Below, piece by piece: positions 55,140 to 64,000 of a stretch of 64,000 bases of DNA. Both the position numbers and the translations under genes were made by a program. The first letter of the stretch is position 1, and each line of letters begins with the position of its first letter. Source of the DNA: an uncultured bacterium (GTDB taxonomy: Bacteria; Hydrothermota; UBA3073; NMUJ01; CBEVQO01); the NCBI GenBank assembly GCA_965552055.1, contig CBEVQO010000006.1, positions 32,001-96,000 on the forward strand, in the 5' to 3' direction. The notes under the pieces are model-generated. The model saw nothing but the letters and a program-made list of their open reading frames with translations. It was not told where the DNA came from and ran no database searches.

Positions 55140-56565
55140 AATCTTTTATTTCAATCGAATGCTGTGCTCCTGTATCCATGTCCCTTGCACTTACTTTTAA
55201 GATGCCGTTAGCATCTATTGTAAAAGTTACCTCGATTCTTGGCTCACCTGCTTTAGCGAGCCTTATTCCTTTCAGTTCGAAATATCCTATAGATACATTT
55301 TTTGATGCCTTGTCCGATTCTCCCTGTAGCACATGTATTTTTACACTTGTTTGATTATCGGCTACAGTGGTAAATATCCTTGAATTTGAAGTTGGTATTA
55401 CGGTATTTCTCGGTATTATCGGTGCGAAGCCATCGTTTTCTATTTCTACTCCGAGTGTAAAAGGTGTGACATCTATTAGCACCACATCTTCCAATTCGTT
55501 TTCAATAATTGCTGCCTGTATTGCTGCACCCAATGCCACGCACTCATCTGGATTTATATCCCTGACAGGCTCCTGACCTTCTAAAAATTCTCTCAGCTTA
55601 CGGCGAACCGCTGGTACACGGGTTGAACCACCTACCAGTATCGCAATATCAATATCTTTCTTGTCAATCTGTGCATCATTTAAAGCACTTTCCGCAGGAG
55701 GTATTAGCTTTTCTAACAGGTCAGATATTAAATCCTCAAAAAGTTCCCTTGTTATCTCCATATCAAGGTGTTTTGGTCCTGTTTCATCTGCTGTTATAAA
55801 AGGCACGCTTATGTGCGCTGTTTCTTCTTCTGATAAAGTTATTTTTGCCTGCTCCGATGCCTCTTTTAACTTCTGGAGAGCAGCTTTATCTTCTGAGAGG
55901 TCTATCCCTGTCTCTTCCTTATACTTCTCAATGACATACTCCATTATTCTCTGGTCAAAATCTTCTCCTCCCAGTTTATTATTTCCGCAACTTGCTTTTA
56001 CTTCAAAAACACCTTCACCTACTTCAAGCACCGATACATCATAAGTGCCTCCTCCGATGTCAAATACAATGACATTCTTTATCCCTTCGCGCATATTTAA
56101 TCCGTAAGCCAGGCATGCTGATGTAGGCTCGTTAATCATTCTGATGACATTAAGACCCGCGAGTTCTGCGGATTCTTTGACCTCTTCTCTTTGCTTTTCA
56201 TTAAAATATGCAGGCACAGTGATTACACAGTCTTTTACTTCTTCATTTAGAAAATGTTCAGCATCTTCTTTTAATTTGCGAAGTATTATGGAAGCAATCT
56301 GTGGAGCGGTATATTTTTCTCCATCTACTTCGAATACGAAATTTTGACCCATAAATCTTTTTATTGCGAAAACAGTTCTATCTGCGTTTACAATCCTCTG
56401 AGCCTTGGCGGGTTCACCTACCAGTATTTTATCTTTTAAAAAGCAAACAGCAGAAGGCGTTAATCTATTTCCTCTTCTATTTGGTATTATTTCAGGATGA
56501 CCATTTCTAAAAATTGCAATGCTTGAATTTGTTGTCCCGAAATCTATGCCAACAATTTTGCCCAT
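55093..56565 (-). CDS. Hsp70/DnaK paralog lacking the C-terminal helical lid
   Basis: GIDFGTTNS, TVPAYFN, NEPT, DIGGGT, LGGEDFD, DVTP, DNQT; ends at 490 aa just after the SBD-beta subdomain. Confidence 0.92.
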   Translation of the reverse strand: MGKIVGIDFGTTNSSIAIFRNGHPEIIPNRRGNRLTPSAVCFLKDKILVGEPAKAQRIVNADRTVFAIKRFMGQNFVFEVDGEKYTAPQIASIILRKLKEDAEHFLNEEVKDCVITVPAYFNEKQREEVKESAELAGLNVIRMINEPTSACLAYGLNMREGIKNVIVFDIGGGTYDVSVLEVGEGVFEVKASCGNNKLGGEDFDQRIMEYVIEKYKEETGIDLSEDKAALQKLKEASEQAKITLSEEETAHISVPFITADETGPKHLDMEITRELFEDLISDLLEKLIPPAESALNDAQIDKKDIDIAILVGGSTRVPAVRRKLREFLEGQEPVRDINPDECVALGAAIQAAIIENELEDVVLIDVTPFTLGVEIENDGFAPIIPRNTVIPTSNSRIFTTVADNQTSVKIHVLQGESDKASKNVSIGYFELKGIRLAKAGEPRIEVTFTIDANGILKVSARDMDTGAQHSIEIKDYGKENAKPIQNTGNK

Positions 56566-58703
56566 GGTTTCCTTCTTAACATTTTCGATGCAACTTTCAC
56601 AAGCTCTGGAACATCTAAAATCAATGCTACTCTACCATCGCCCCTTATTGTTGCACCAGTAACATAAGGAGCTGCCCTCGCATGTTTTGATAAGGGCTTT
56701 TTAACTATTTGCTCCTGACCTATTAACTCGTCCACCTCCAGTGCAGCCAGTTTCTCACCCTCCTGCACTATTACCATGTATCTACCAAAGGATGTGTCTT
56801 TTTCTCTTTTCTCAAATTTCAATTCAAGTAATTCATCGAGTTTTATAACAGGGATTATTTTATCGAGATATCTTAGCACTTCTTTTCCTTCCATTGTAGC
56901 GATATCATCATCAAAAGCTTTTACAGTTTTGTAAATTGAAGATATAGGTATTGCATAACATTCGGTTCCAACTTTTACAACAAGTGATTTTACTATTGCG
57001 AGGGTTTTTGGGAAAATTAATCTGAATTTTGTTCCCTTATCTTTTTCTGTTTCGATTTCGACATTTCCACCGAGTTGCTCAACATTTGCTTTTACAACAT
57101 CCATACCAACGCCCCTTCCGGACATGTCATCAACTGTTTTGGCAGTGGAGAAACCAGGTTCGAATATAAACTCGATTATTGAGCGCTCATCTAGTGATTC
57201 TGCTTCCTTTTCGGATATTAAGCCCTTTTCAATTGCCTTACGCTTTACCTTTTCGATATCTATGCCCCTGCCGTCATCCGCTACTTCTATCACAACATTT
57301 TCACCCTCTGCATAGGCAGCTAATGTAATCTTACCTATGGGAGGTTTGCCCTTTTTCACCCTCTCTTCTTCCGACTCAATTCCATGGTCTATGCAATTTC
57401 TTATCATATGCACAAGGGGGTCTTCTATGTTCTCTATCACTGTCTTATCAAGGGTTGTTGATTCTCCTGTTATTTCGATTTGCACCTTTTTATTCCTTTT
57501 TCTGGCAATATCTCTTACAATGCGTGGAAAACGATTGAAAACTCTTTGAACGGGTAACATTCTTGCATCCATAACAAGATGTTGCAACTCTTCGATTAAT
57601 CTTTCTGTTTCACCCAGCACCGCTCCAAACCTTATTATCGCAGGGTCTTCATATTTTCTCTCAAGCTGGTCATGAATATCTCTCAATGCATTATATCTCA
57701 ACATCAGCTCACCCATCAGGTTCATTAAATCATCGAGTAAATTCACATTTATTCTTACTGTCTCTTCTACCTTGCGTTTAAGAGAAGGTTCTACTTTCTT
57801 CTGGGCTTCTGGTTTTACTTCTACTTTTTCTTCTTTTTTCTCCTTTATTTCTTCTTTTTTCAAAATTTTATCCAGTTTTTCGATCAATGCAGATGTATCC
57901 ACTTCATCTACTCGATTTTCTTTTACAAGTTCAACCATTACACGCAGTTTATCAAACGATTCAAGAAGTACATCTACCATTTCGGGTGACAGTTTTAGTT
58001 CTCCTTCTCTCAATTTGTTAAATACATCTTCAAGTTTATGACTTAAATTTGACATCTTTTCTAATCCCAGGAATGCGGAAGAGCCTTTTATTGTGTGTGC
58101 AACTCTAAATATTTCGTTTAAAAGATTTGGGTCATCGGGATTTTTTTCGAGTTCGATTAAGATTTCATTTACTCTTTCAAGTAATTCCCTTGATTCTGTT
58201 ATGAATTCATTTATTATATCACCGAGTTCCTGAGCCGTTAGACCTGATTCAACTTTCTCTTCCTTTTCTACTCTTTCCTCTTTTTTTTCCCTTTCCTCTT
58301 TTTTTTCTTTTTTTTCTTTTTTTTCGTGTAATGTTTCTTCGAGTTTCTTTTCGAGTTCGGAGGTATCTGTTTCTGTTTTGCCTTTTTCAGCCACTTCTTC
58401 TATCAGTTTTTTCAGCATATCTATTCCTTCAAATATTATGTCGAGTATTTCTGGTGTTGGTTTTAATTTACCGTCCCTTATAGCTCCCAGCAGGTCTTCT
58501 ACTTTATGGCTAAATTCCGACAGCTGATTTAATTCCAGGAAAGCGGCAGACCCTTTTATCGTGTGAGCAGCTCTAAATATCTCGTTTACCAGCGATATAT
58601 CTTCTGGTGATTTTTCGAGTTCCACCAGCTTTTGTTCGGCATTTTCGAGCAGTTCCCTTGATTCTTGTACGAACTCTTTTATTATTTCGTCCATTTCGCC
58701 CAT
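56544..58703 (-). CDS. cheA: CheA kinase with two tandem Hpt domains
   Basis: IFRAAHTIKGS and IFRVAHTIKGS, HMIRN.IDHG, DDGRG, GFST, SGRGVGMDVV, C-terminal CheW domain. Confidence 0.95.
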   Translation of the reverse strand: MGEMDEIIKEFVQESRELLENAEQKLVELEKSPEDISLVNEIFRAAHTIKGSAAFLELNQLSEFSHKVEDLLGAIRDGKLKPTPEILDIIFEGIDMLKKLIEEVAEKGKTETDTSELEKKLEETLHEKKEKKEKKEEREKKEERVEKEEKVESGLTAQELGDIINEFITESRELLERVNEILIELEKNPDDPNLLNEIFRVAHTIKGSSAFLGLEKMSNLSHKLEDVFNKLREGELKLSPEMVDVLLESFDKLRVMVELVKENRVDEVDTSALIEKLDKILKKEEIKEKKEEKVEVKPEAQKKVEPSLKRKVEETVRINVNLLDDLMNLMGELMLRYNALRDIHDQLERKYEDPAIIRFGAVLGETERLIEELQHLVMDARMLPVQRVFNRFPRIVRDIARKRNKKVQIEITGESTTLDKTVIENIEDPLVHMIRNCIDHGIESEEERVKKGKPPIGKITLAAYAEGENVVIEVADDGRGIDIEKVKRKAIEKGLISEKEAESLDERSIIEFIFEPGFSTAKTVDDMSGRGVGMDVVKANVEQLGGNVEIETEKDKGTKFRLIFPKTLAIVKSLVVKVGTECYAIPISSIYKTVKAFDDDIATMEGKEVLRYLDKIIPVIKLDELLELKFEKREKDTSFGRYMVIVQEGEKLAALEVDELIGQEQIVKKPLSKHARAAPYVTGATIRGDGRVALILDVPELVKVASKMLRRKPWAKLLA

Positions 58704-58711
58704 TTTGCCTC

Positions 58712-59065
58712 CTATTTCATCAATAGACTTTTGACTTTAAATTTCAAAAGATGTCCAGGAACAGGCTTCACAAGATATAAATTTGCACCTGCCCTGTATG
58801 CTCTCTCGGCTTCGTTCGGCTGTGTTGTAAGCATTATTATCGGTATATCCGCATCCTTTTCCCTTATTGCCTTTGTCAATTCAATTCCATCCATCCTCGG
58901 CATATTAAGGTCAACTATCATCAGATGTATCTCCTCTGTTGCCCATTTTTCCAGTGCTTCTATACCATCCGATGCCTCGATTATGTTGAAATCCTCATCC
59001 TGTAGCATTCTCGCTACCATCTTTCTTACAACCGCAGAGTCATCTACAACAAGTATGTTATACAT
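58712..59065 (-). CDS. Single-domain response regulator (CheY-like)
   Basis: VVDD, DLNMP, T, KP. Confidence 0.9.
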   Translation of the reverse strand: MYNILVVDDSAVVRKMVARMLQDEDFNIIEASDGIEALEKWATEEIHLMIVDLNMPRMDGIELTKAIREKDADIPIIMLTTQPNEAERAYRAGANLYLVKPVPGHLLKFKVKSLLMK

Positions 59066-59068
59066 TTC

Positions 59069-59905
59069 CTACTCCTTCTTATATCCAAAAGCTTTTTTAA
59101 AAAACACAAGTTTAAAAGCCCTTGTAACATCGTGCAAAGATTCTGCATGCCCCAGCAAAAGGTATCCACCAGGTTTCAATTTTTCATAAAATTTGCGAAC
59201 AACTTCCCTTTTTGAATTTAAATCAAAATAAATAAGGACATTTCTACAAAATATCACATCCTGTTTCTCAATCAGTTGTATCGCAATTTTATCATTTAAA
59301 TTCAGATATTTAAAATCAACGAGTCTTCTAATATCCGGACGCACTTCAAAGAAGCCATTTTCATGTCTCAGGAAATATGTCCTTTTATAGTAGTCAAGGG
59401 TAAACCTCAGAGAATCGCTTTTATAAATCCCCTTTTTTGCTTTTTCCAGTGCAGTTCTGTTTATGTCCGTTGCAAGTATTTTTACATCCCAGAATTTTAT
59501 TTCGTTACCCATTTTCTCATTTACCAGTATTGCGATGGTATAAGGTTCTTCACCTGTAGCACATCCAGCAGACCATATTCTTATTTTTTTTTCTCTTTCA
59601 TTTCTTTTCATAATCTCAGGCAGTATTTCATCTTTAAATGCCTCATTCTGGGGTTCTTCACGGAAAAAATAGGTCTCCCCTATTGTTACTATCTCAAAAA
59701 GCTTCTGCATCTCCCTGTATCTCCCTGAATCGTATTTTAAATAGAAGTAATATTCCTCAAACGATTTAAGCCCGAGTTCCTTTAATCTTTGAGATAATTT
59801 CATCTCAAGGTAATATTTTTTTGTATCGGGAAAAAATATTCCGCTCTCCTTGTATATCAGGTCTCTAATTTCTTTAAAGGTATTGGTATCGAGTGCGGTT
59901 TTCAT
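59069..59905 (-). CDS. cheR: Chemotaxis methyltransferase
   Basis: ETYFFRE, WSAGCATGEEPY, IFCRNVLIYF, LGHAE. Confidence 0.95.
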   Translation of the reverse strand: MKTALDTNTFKEIRDLIYKESGIFFPDTKKYYLEMKLSQRLKELGLKSFEEYYFYLKYDSGRYREMQKLFEIVTIGETYFFREEPQNEAFKDEILPEIMKRNEREKKIRIWSAGCATGEEPYTIAILVNEKMGNEIKFWDVKILATDINRTALEKAKKGIYKSDSLRFTLDYYKRTYFLRHENGFFEVRPDIRRLVDFKYLNLNDKIAIQLIEKQDVIFCRNVLIYFDLNSKREVVRKFYEKLKPGGYLLLGHAESLHDVTRAFKLVFFKKAFGYKKE

Positions 59906-61122
59906 TCTTTACTTTCTAATCTCTTTATCACCTCCATTGCTATCTTTCTCACTTCTGCGTCAGGACTCTCTTTAAAATCGATAATTTCTTTTACCGTATC
60001 TTTATCCCCTATTATCCCGATGGTTCTGAGACCTGCAATCTGTAAGGGTATGGATGGACGCTTCACCAGTTTCAAAACATGTTTTAAAGCTTCTTTTATC
60101 CTCAATTTACCAATCTGTTCTACTGCACGATATTTATGCCAGATATCAAAATTTTCATCTTCAAGAATGTTTATCAATACTCTTGCCAATCTCTTTTTCT
60201 CCACAGGGTCTATTTGTGATAAATCTTCTTTTTGTATTATTTCAAGGATAGCCGTGTAAATCATTCTCTGTATATCTTCGAGTTCATCGTATTTGCTCAT
60301 GAGAATATTAACAGACTTATATGTTCCCTTTTGCATTAAAGCCTCAATCAAAGCAGATATCACCCAGTTATCCTGTTCTTCCATCAACCTTTCTTTTAGC
60401 CATTCTTCCACTTTCTCCTCTTCACAATTTAGCAAACCATGTATTGCTGCACATCTTACATTTGGATGCGTATCCCTTAGCTGCTGCAATAAGAAAGGAA
60501 CAGCTTCTTTACCAGCATATTGCAATAAATCTGTTAAAAAAATCCTCAAATTGGTATCATCTGATTTCAGATAAGTAGCAATAGTTTTCAATTCCTTTTT
60601 TTCTTTTAGCATTTCCTGTAATATCTCAAAAGCCATCGATCTTTTGGTTGCATCTTCTTTTTGCAAAATTCTTATACAATTTTCAACAACATAGTCATTG
60701 CCTATTTTCGAAAGATTTATTATTGCATTCTCCTGCAAACCCTTATTATCGGAATTCAAAAATGAAAATAAAATATCTATAGCCTCCTTCGTGCCTATTT
60801 CACAAAGATTATTGCATAACATCATTTTCTCATCTAAATTTAAATCCTTCTCCATTTCTTTCAATTTTTCGAGCACCTTCTTTTTTATCTTTTCATCGGC
60901 TTCATAGATAGATATCCCTGCGATATCTTCCGACAGGAAATCTACTTTCCCTTTAATTTTTATATCCTCAAATTCTCCTTCGATTATGCTTCCTTCACTT
61001 ACTTTGTCTTCAATGTAAAAACTCGCAGTAATTCTAAACTTTTCTTCAAATTCCTTTGCTTCTTTTACATTCCTCAATTTTCCGAGTAATGGATAAATTT
61101 TATCTTCAAAAATCTTTTTCAT
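59902..61122 (-). CDS. HEAT repeat protein
   Basis: Repeated HEAT motifs (NVRCAAIHGL, EVRKIAME). Confidence 0.85.
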   Translation of the reverse strand: MKKIFEDKIYPLLGKLRNVKEAKEFEEKFRITASFYIEDKVSEGSIIEGEFEDIKIKGKVDFLSEDIAGISIYEADEKIKKKVLEKLKEMEKDLNLDEKMMLCNNLCEIGTKEAIDILFSFLNSDNKGLQENAIINLSKIGNDYVVENCIRILQKEDATKRSMAFEILQEMLKEKKELKTIATYLKSDDTNLRIFLTDLLQYAGKEAVPFLLQQLRDTHPNVRCAAIHGLLNCEEEKVEEWLKERLMEEQDNWVISALIEALMQKGTYKSVNILMSKYDELEDIQRMIYTAILEIIQKEDLSQIDPVEKKRLARVLINILEDENFDIWHKYRAVEQIGKLRIKEALKHVLKLVKRPSIPLQIAGLRTIGIIGDKDTVKEIIDFKESPDAEVRKIAMEVIKRLESKE

Positions 61123-62138
61123 AATGCATCTATGATTGCCTCTGGTATTTTTTCCAGTGGTAAAATTTTATCTGCAAGATTTTCTTCTATCACAGCTCTT
61201 GGCATACCGAACACCACACTTGTTTTCTCATCCTGTGCAATTATTATTCCTCCTTTCTCTTTTATAGCTTTCGCACCTCGCACACCATCATTCCCCATAC
61301 CCGTTAGAATTATACCTACCGAATTGGAACGAAAAACTTCACCAACAGATTCCATCATGACATCAACAGAGGGTCTATAAAGAGTATTTGGCGTTTTGGA
61401 TAACTGTATCACGACATCTTTTAACACCCTTTTCACCGTTAAATGAGAATTGCCGGGAGCTATATATACATGTGAAGGCTCTGCACGCATGCCATCTTCT
61501 GCTTTTACCACATTTAACTGACTTAATTTATTTAAACGCTCAGCAAACAATTTTATAAAAGCATCGGGCATATGCTGAGTAACAAAAATGGGAGACGGAA
61601 AATCACCGGGTAAACTTCGCAAAATCGTCTCTATGGCTGAAGGTCCGCCTGTCGAAGCTCCTATCGCTACTCCCTTCTCTCCTTCTACTTTAAACTCTCT
61701 CTTTATAACTTTTGGTTCACCCGATACCTTTACAACACCTTTCCTTGCTATCGCTTTTACTTTCTCTATTATTTCTTTCTCCTTCTTCAAAACATCAAGA
61801 GGGCTCCTTAAAATATCCTTATAAATAACATCTGCTGCTCCTGCCTCGAAAGCTTCGAAAGTAATTTGTGCACCTTCGTATGTCAATGCACTTATCACAA
61901 CCACGGGTACGGGATGCTCTCTCATTATCCTTTTCAAAGTTTCTATGCCACCCATTCCCGGCATATCAAGGTCGAGTGCTATAATATCTGGATTCAGTTC
62001 TCTGTATTTCTCGAGGCATTCTTCTCCTGTTCCTGCTGTCCCTACTACTTTTATCTCCGGGTCGCTTTCGAGCATCGAGGTTATAGCTTTTCGCATAAAA
62101 GCAGAATCATCCACTACCATTACTTTTATCTTCCTCAT
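61119..62138 (-). CDS. cheB: Chemotaxis methylesterase
   Basis: Receiver domain plus GASTGGP, QHMP, RPSVD, LTGMGNDG. Confidence 0.96.
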   Translation of the reverse strand: MRKIKVMVVDDSAFMRKAITSMLESDPEIKVVGTAGTGEECLEKYRELNPDIIALDLDMPGMGGIETLKRIMREHPVPVVVISALTYEGAQITFEAFEAGAADVIYKDILRSPLDVLKKEKEIIEKVKAIARKGVVKVSGEPKVIKREFKVEGEKGVAIGASTGGPSAIETILRSLPGDFPSPIFVTQHMPDAFIKLFAERLNKLSQLNVVKAEDGMRAEPSHVYIAPGNSHLTVKRVLKDVVIQLSKTPNTLYRPSVDVMMESVGEVFRSNSVGIILTGMGNDGVRGAKAIKEKGGIIIAQDEKTSVVFGMPRAVIEENLADKILPLEKIPEAIIDAL

Positions 62139-62617
62139 TTAACAACCTCCTTCAGTTTTTCTTTTTCTGCTGGAGTAAGCAATCTATCGAGGTCCAGTAA
62201 AATTATAAGACCTTCATCTAGCCTGCAAATACCGCTTATGTATTCCGATTCAATACCGGCAATTATCGGGGGCGAGGGCTCTATTTGATCCTGATAAATC
62301 CTTTTTACACCTGTTACTTCATCTACCATAAAGCCAACCATTGAATCGTCTTCCAGCCTGTAGTCTATTACTCTTGTGTACTTGTCAGATGGCTTGGGCT
62401 CAAACCCCAATCTTCTCCTCAAATCAACCACAGGTAATATCCTGCCCATTCTGTTTACCACACCGATAATATAATCGGGAGCCTTGGGCACTTTTGTAAC
62501 CTCATCTTCTTTGAAACGATTTATCCTATCTACTTTATGAACATTTATCCCGAATTCCTCATTCTTTAACTTAAAAGTAACAAGCTGTATCTCTTTTCCT
62601 GCTTTAACTTCTTCCAT
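62135..62617 (-). CDS. cheW: Chemotaxis coupling protein
   Basis: QLVTF, VPKAPDYIIGVVN..G.ILPVVDLR, VDEV. Confidence 0.93.
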   Translation of the reverse strand: MEEVKAGKEIQLVTFKLKNEEFGINVHKVDRINRFKEDEVTKVPKAPDYIIGVVNRMGRILPVVDLRRRLGFEPKPSDKYTRVIDYRLEDDSMVGFMVDEVTGVKRIYQDQIEPSPPIIAGIESEYISGICRLDEGLIILLDLDRLLTPAEKEKLKEVVK

Positions 62618-62626
62618 AATGCCCTC

Positions 62627-64000
62627 CTACTCAACCAATTTAATCTCTTTAATTCCTTCAAAATTTATTCCCTCTAATTTTCTGTGTAAATCTTCTACTT
62701 TTTGTGAAAATTCCATCAATATACTCATTATTTCCCTAATTTTTGTAGCGTTTTCTTTTGATAGCAAAGAAATAGCCTCAATTTTCTTTGACACTTCATT
62801 TGCAGCAGTTGATTCTTCCTGGGATGCTATTGCAATTTGTGTCATTACTTCATTCATCAATTTCGCTCCTTCCATTATCTTATCGAGACTCTCGCTTGTT
62901 TCTCTTGCCAGTATAGTAGCTTCATCGGATACTTTTGTAGATTCTTCCATAGCCCTTGCGGAATTCTCGGCTTCCTTTTTAATCTGCTCAATTATTTCTA
63001 TTATCTTAGTTGTAGCATTCCTCGAGCTATCAGCAAGTTGTTTTATTTCATCCGCTACAACAGAAAAACCTTTACCATATTCCCCTGCTCTCGCAGATTC
63101 TATTGACGCATTGAGTGCAAGTAAATTCGTTTGATCAGCAAGCTGGGTGATTATTTTTGCCATCTCACCTATTTCCTCGCTCCTCTCACCCAATGCCATG
63201 ATATTTTGAGCTGCTACTTTTAATACTTCATTCAAAGCGTTAACTTTCCTTATTGCTTCTTTAACTTTTTTACTGCTTTCTTCTGCTAACATAAGAGCAT
63301 TTTGTGTTTCTTCCTGTGTCTTCTGGGCATTTTGAGCAGCTGATAGTATAGTTGAAGACATTTCTTCCATTGCATTAGCAGCATCAGCAGATTCTGTCTC
63401 CTGTTTCGCACTGCTATCAGCTACTTGCCTCACACCTTCAAGTATTTTCTTCGACATATCAACAATTTCCCTAGAAGATAAACTTATCTCAAATAAAAGC
63501 TTGGAAAAAGTTTCTTTAAAACGACGAGCAGAGCGAAACATATCTTCAAGTAAAGGTAAAGAATCATCACATCTTATCTCATAATTAAATCTACCTTCAC
63601 TCCATTTATCAAATAACTCCTTCACCACAGAAATAGCCTTTCGCATTTTATCAATCTCTTCTTCCAAATTTAATTTTATCTCCTCTATTGACCTCAACCT
63701 CTCTTTAATAACTTCAGCAAATTCCTTCAATAAAATCCCGACTTCCGATACCTCATCATTGCCATCGAACTCCACATTAACCTCGATATCTTCTTTTAAC
63801 TCCTTCAAATATCTTTTCATCTTGGTTAATTTATTAAGAACATTCCTTGACATCAATGTAAGCAACCCTATCCCTATAAAGCCTATTATCATCACCCACA
63901 TTCCAAAAGAATTAATCCTTTCTATATTTCTTTCCCCCCATTTTGTCATTTGATTTTCAAATCTATAAATCGATTCTAACAATTCATCTTTCGTTGTCTT
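62627..64000 (-). CDS. Methyl-accepting chemotaxis protein; 5' end lies outside the window
   Basis: TM2, HAMP, IITQLADQTNLLALNASIESARAGEYGKGFSVVADEI; frame is open to base 64000. Confidence 0.95.
   Translation of the reverse strand, partial: KTTKDELLESIYRFENQMTKWGERNIERINSFGMWVMIIGFIGIGLLTLMSRNVLNKLTKMKRYLKELKEDIEVNVEFDGNDEVSEVGILLKEFAEVIKERLRSIEEIKLNLEEEIDKMRKAISVVKELFDKWSEGRFNYEIRCDDSLPLLEDMFRSARRFKETFSKLLFEISLSSREIVDMSKKILEGVRQVADSSAKQETESADAANAMEEMSSTILSAAQNAQKTQEETQNALMLAEESSKKVKEAIRKVNALNEVLKVAAQNIMALGERSEEIGEMAKIITQLADQTNLLALNASIESARAGEYGKGFSVVADEIKQLADSSRNATTKIIEIIEQIKKEAENSARAMEESTKVSDEATILARETSESLDKIMEGAKLMNEVMTQIAIASQEESTAANEVSKKIEAISLLSKENATKIREIMSILMEFSQKVEDLHRKLEGINFEGIKEIKLVE

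Noticed and set aside
58250..58330. CT-rich low-complexity tract
   Set aside because: Encodes the E/K linker between the CheA Hpt domains; not a separate repeat element.
715..63953. Numerous 60-170 aa antisense or alternate-frame ORFs in the track
   Set aside because: They lie within well-supported genes and show no recognisable motifs.
1..64000. CRISPR array, rRNA, prophage or transposase genes
   Set aside because: No regularly spaced repeats, rRNA-like sequence, phage structural genes or transposase ORFs were recognised.

Overview
AT-rich, very densely packed bacterial chromosome segment from a diderm (BamD, outer-membrane barrels, a GT9 heptosyltransferase-like gene). The Lys/Glu-rich proteome suggests a thermophile, and gene content suggests an FCB-associated lineage such as WOR-3 (inference). 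Contents in order: housekeeping genes (holA, bamD, punA, divIVA, yggS, acpS, coaD, ftsB-like, pyrK, recJ, queH), a radical SAM/SPASM + S24/S26 peptidase pair, a cysC/AlkP-headed surface-glycan operon that also carries ispDF, dnaE, plsC, a PAC2 protein, a B12 radical SAM, a decayed S9 peptidase, a tmRNA-tRNA-Asn-tRNA-Arg cluster, xerC, an HhH-barrel pair, ogt, gatCA, a flgM-motA-motB operon and a convergent chemosensory operon ending in a lidless Hsp70 and a J-domain gene. The best candidate for a new system is the MotB-type stator subunit, which has a ~110-aa insertion in its OmpA-like domain, little room for a plug, and two C-terminal ComEA-like helix-hairpin-helix repeats; it may be an ion-driven motor coupled to DNA or polyanion binding. 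Other notable observations: a recurrent non-canonical promoter geometry (TTGACA-N15-TAnnnT, often 5 nt before the start codon, i.e. leaderless), a very short tmRNA tag ((A)AEYAWAA), tmRNA/tRNA genes separated by single nucleotides with no encoded CCA, and a G1-C72 tRNA-Asn. All calls come from reading motifs by eye; no database searches were run.
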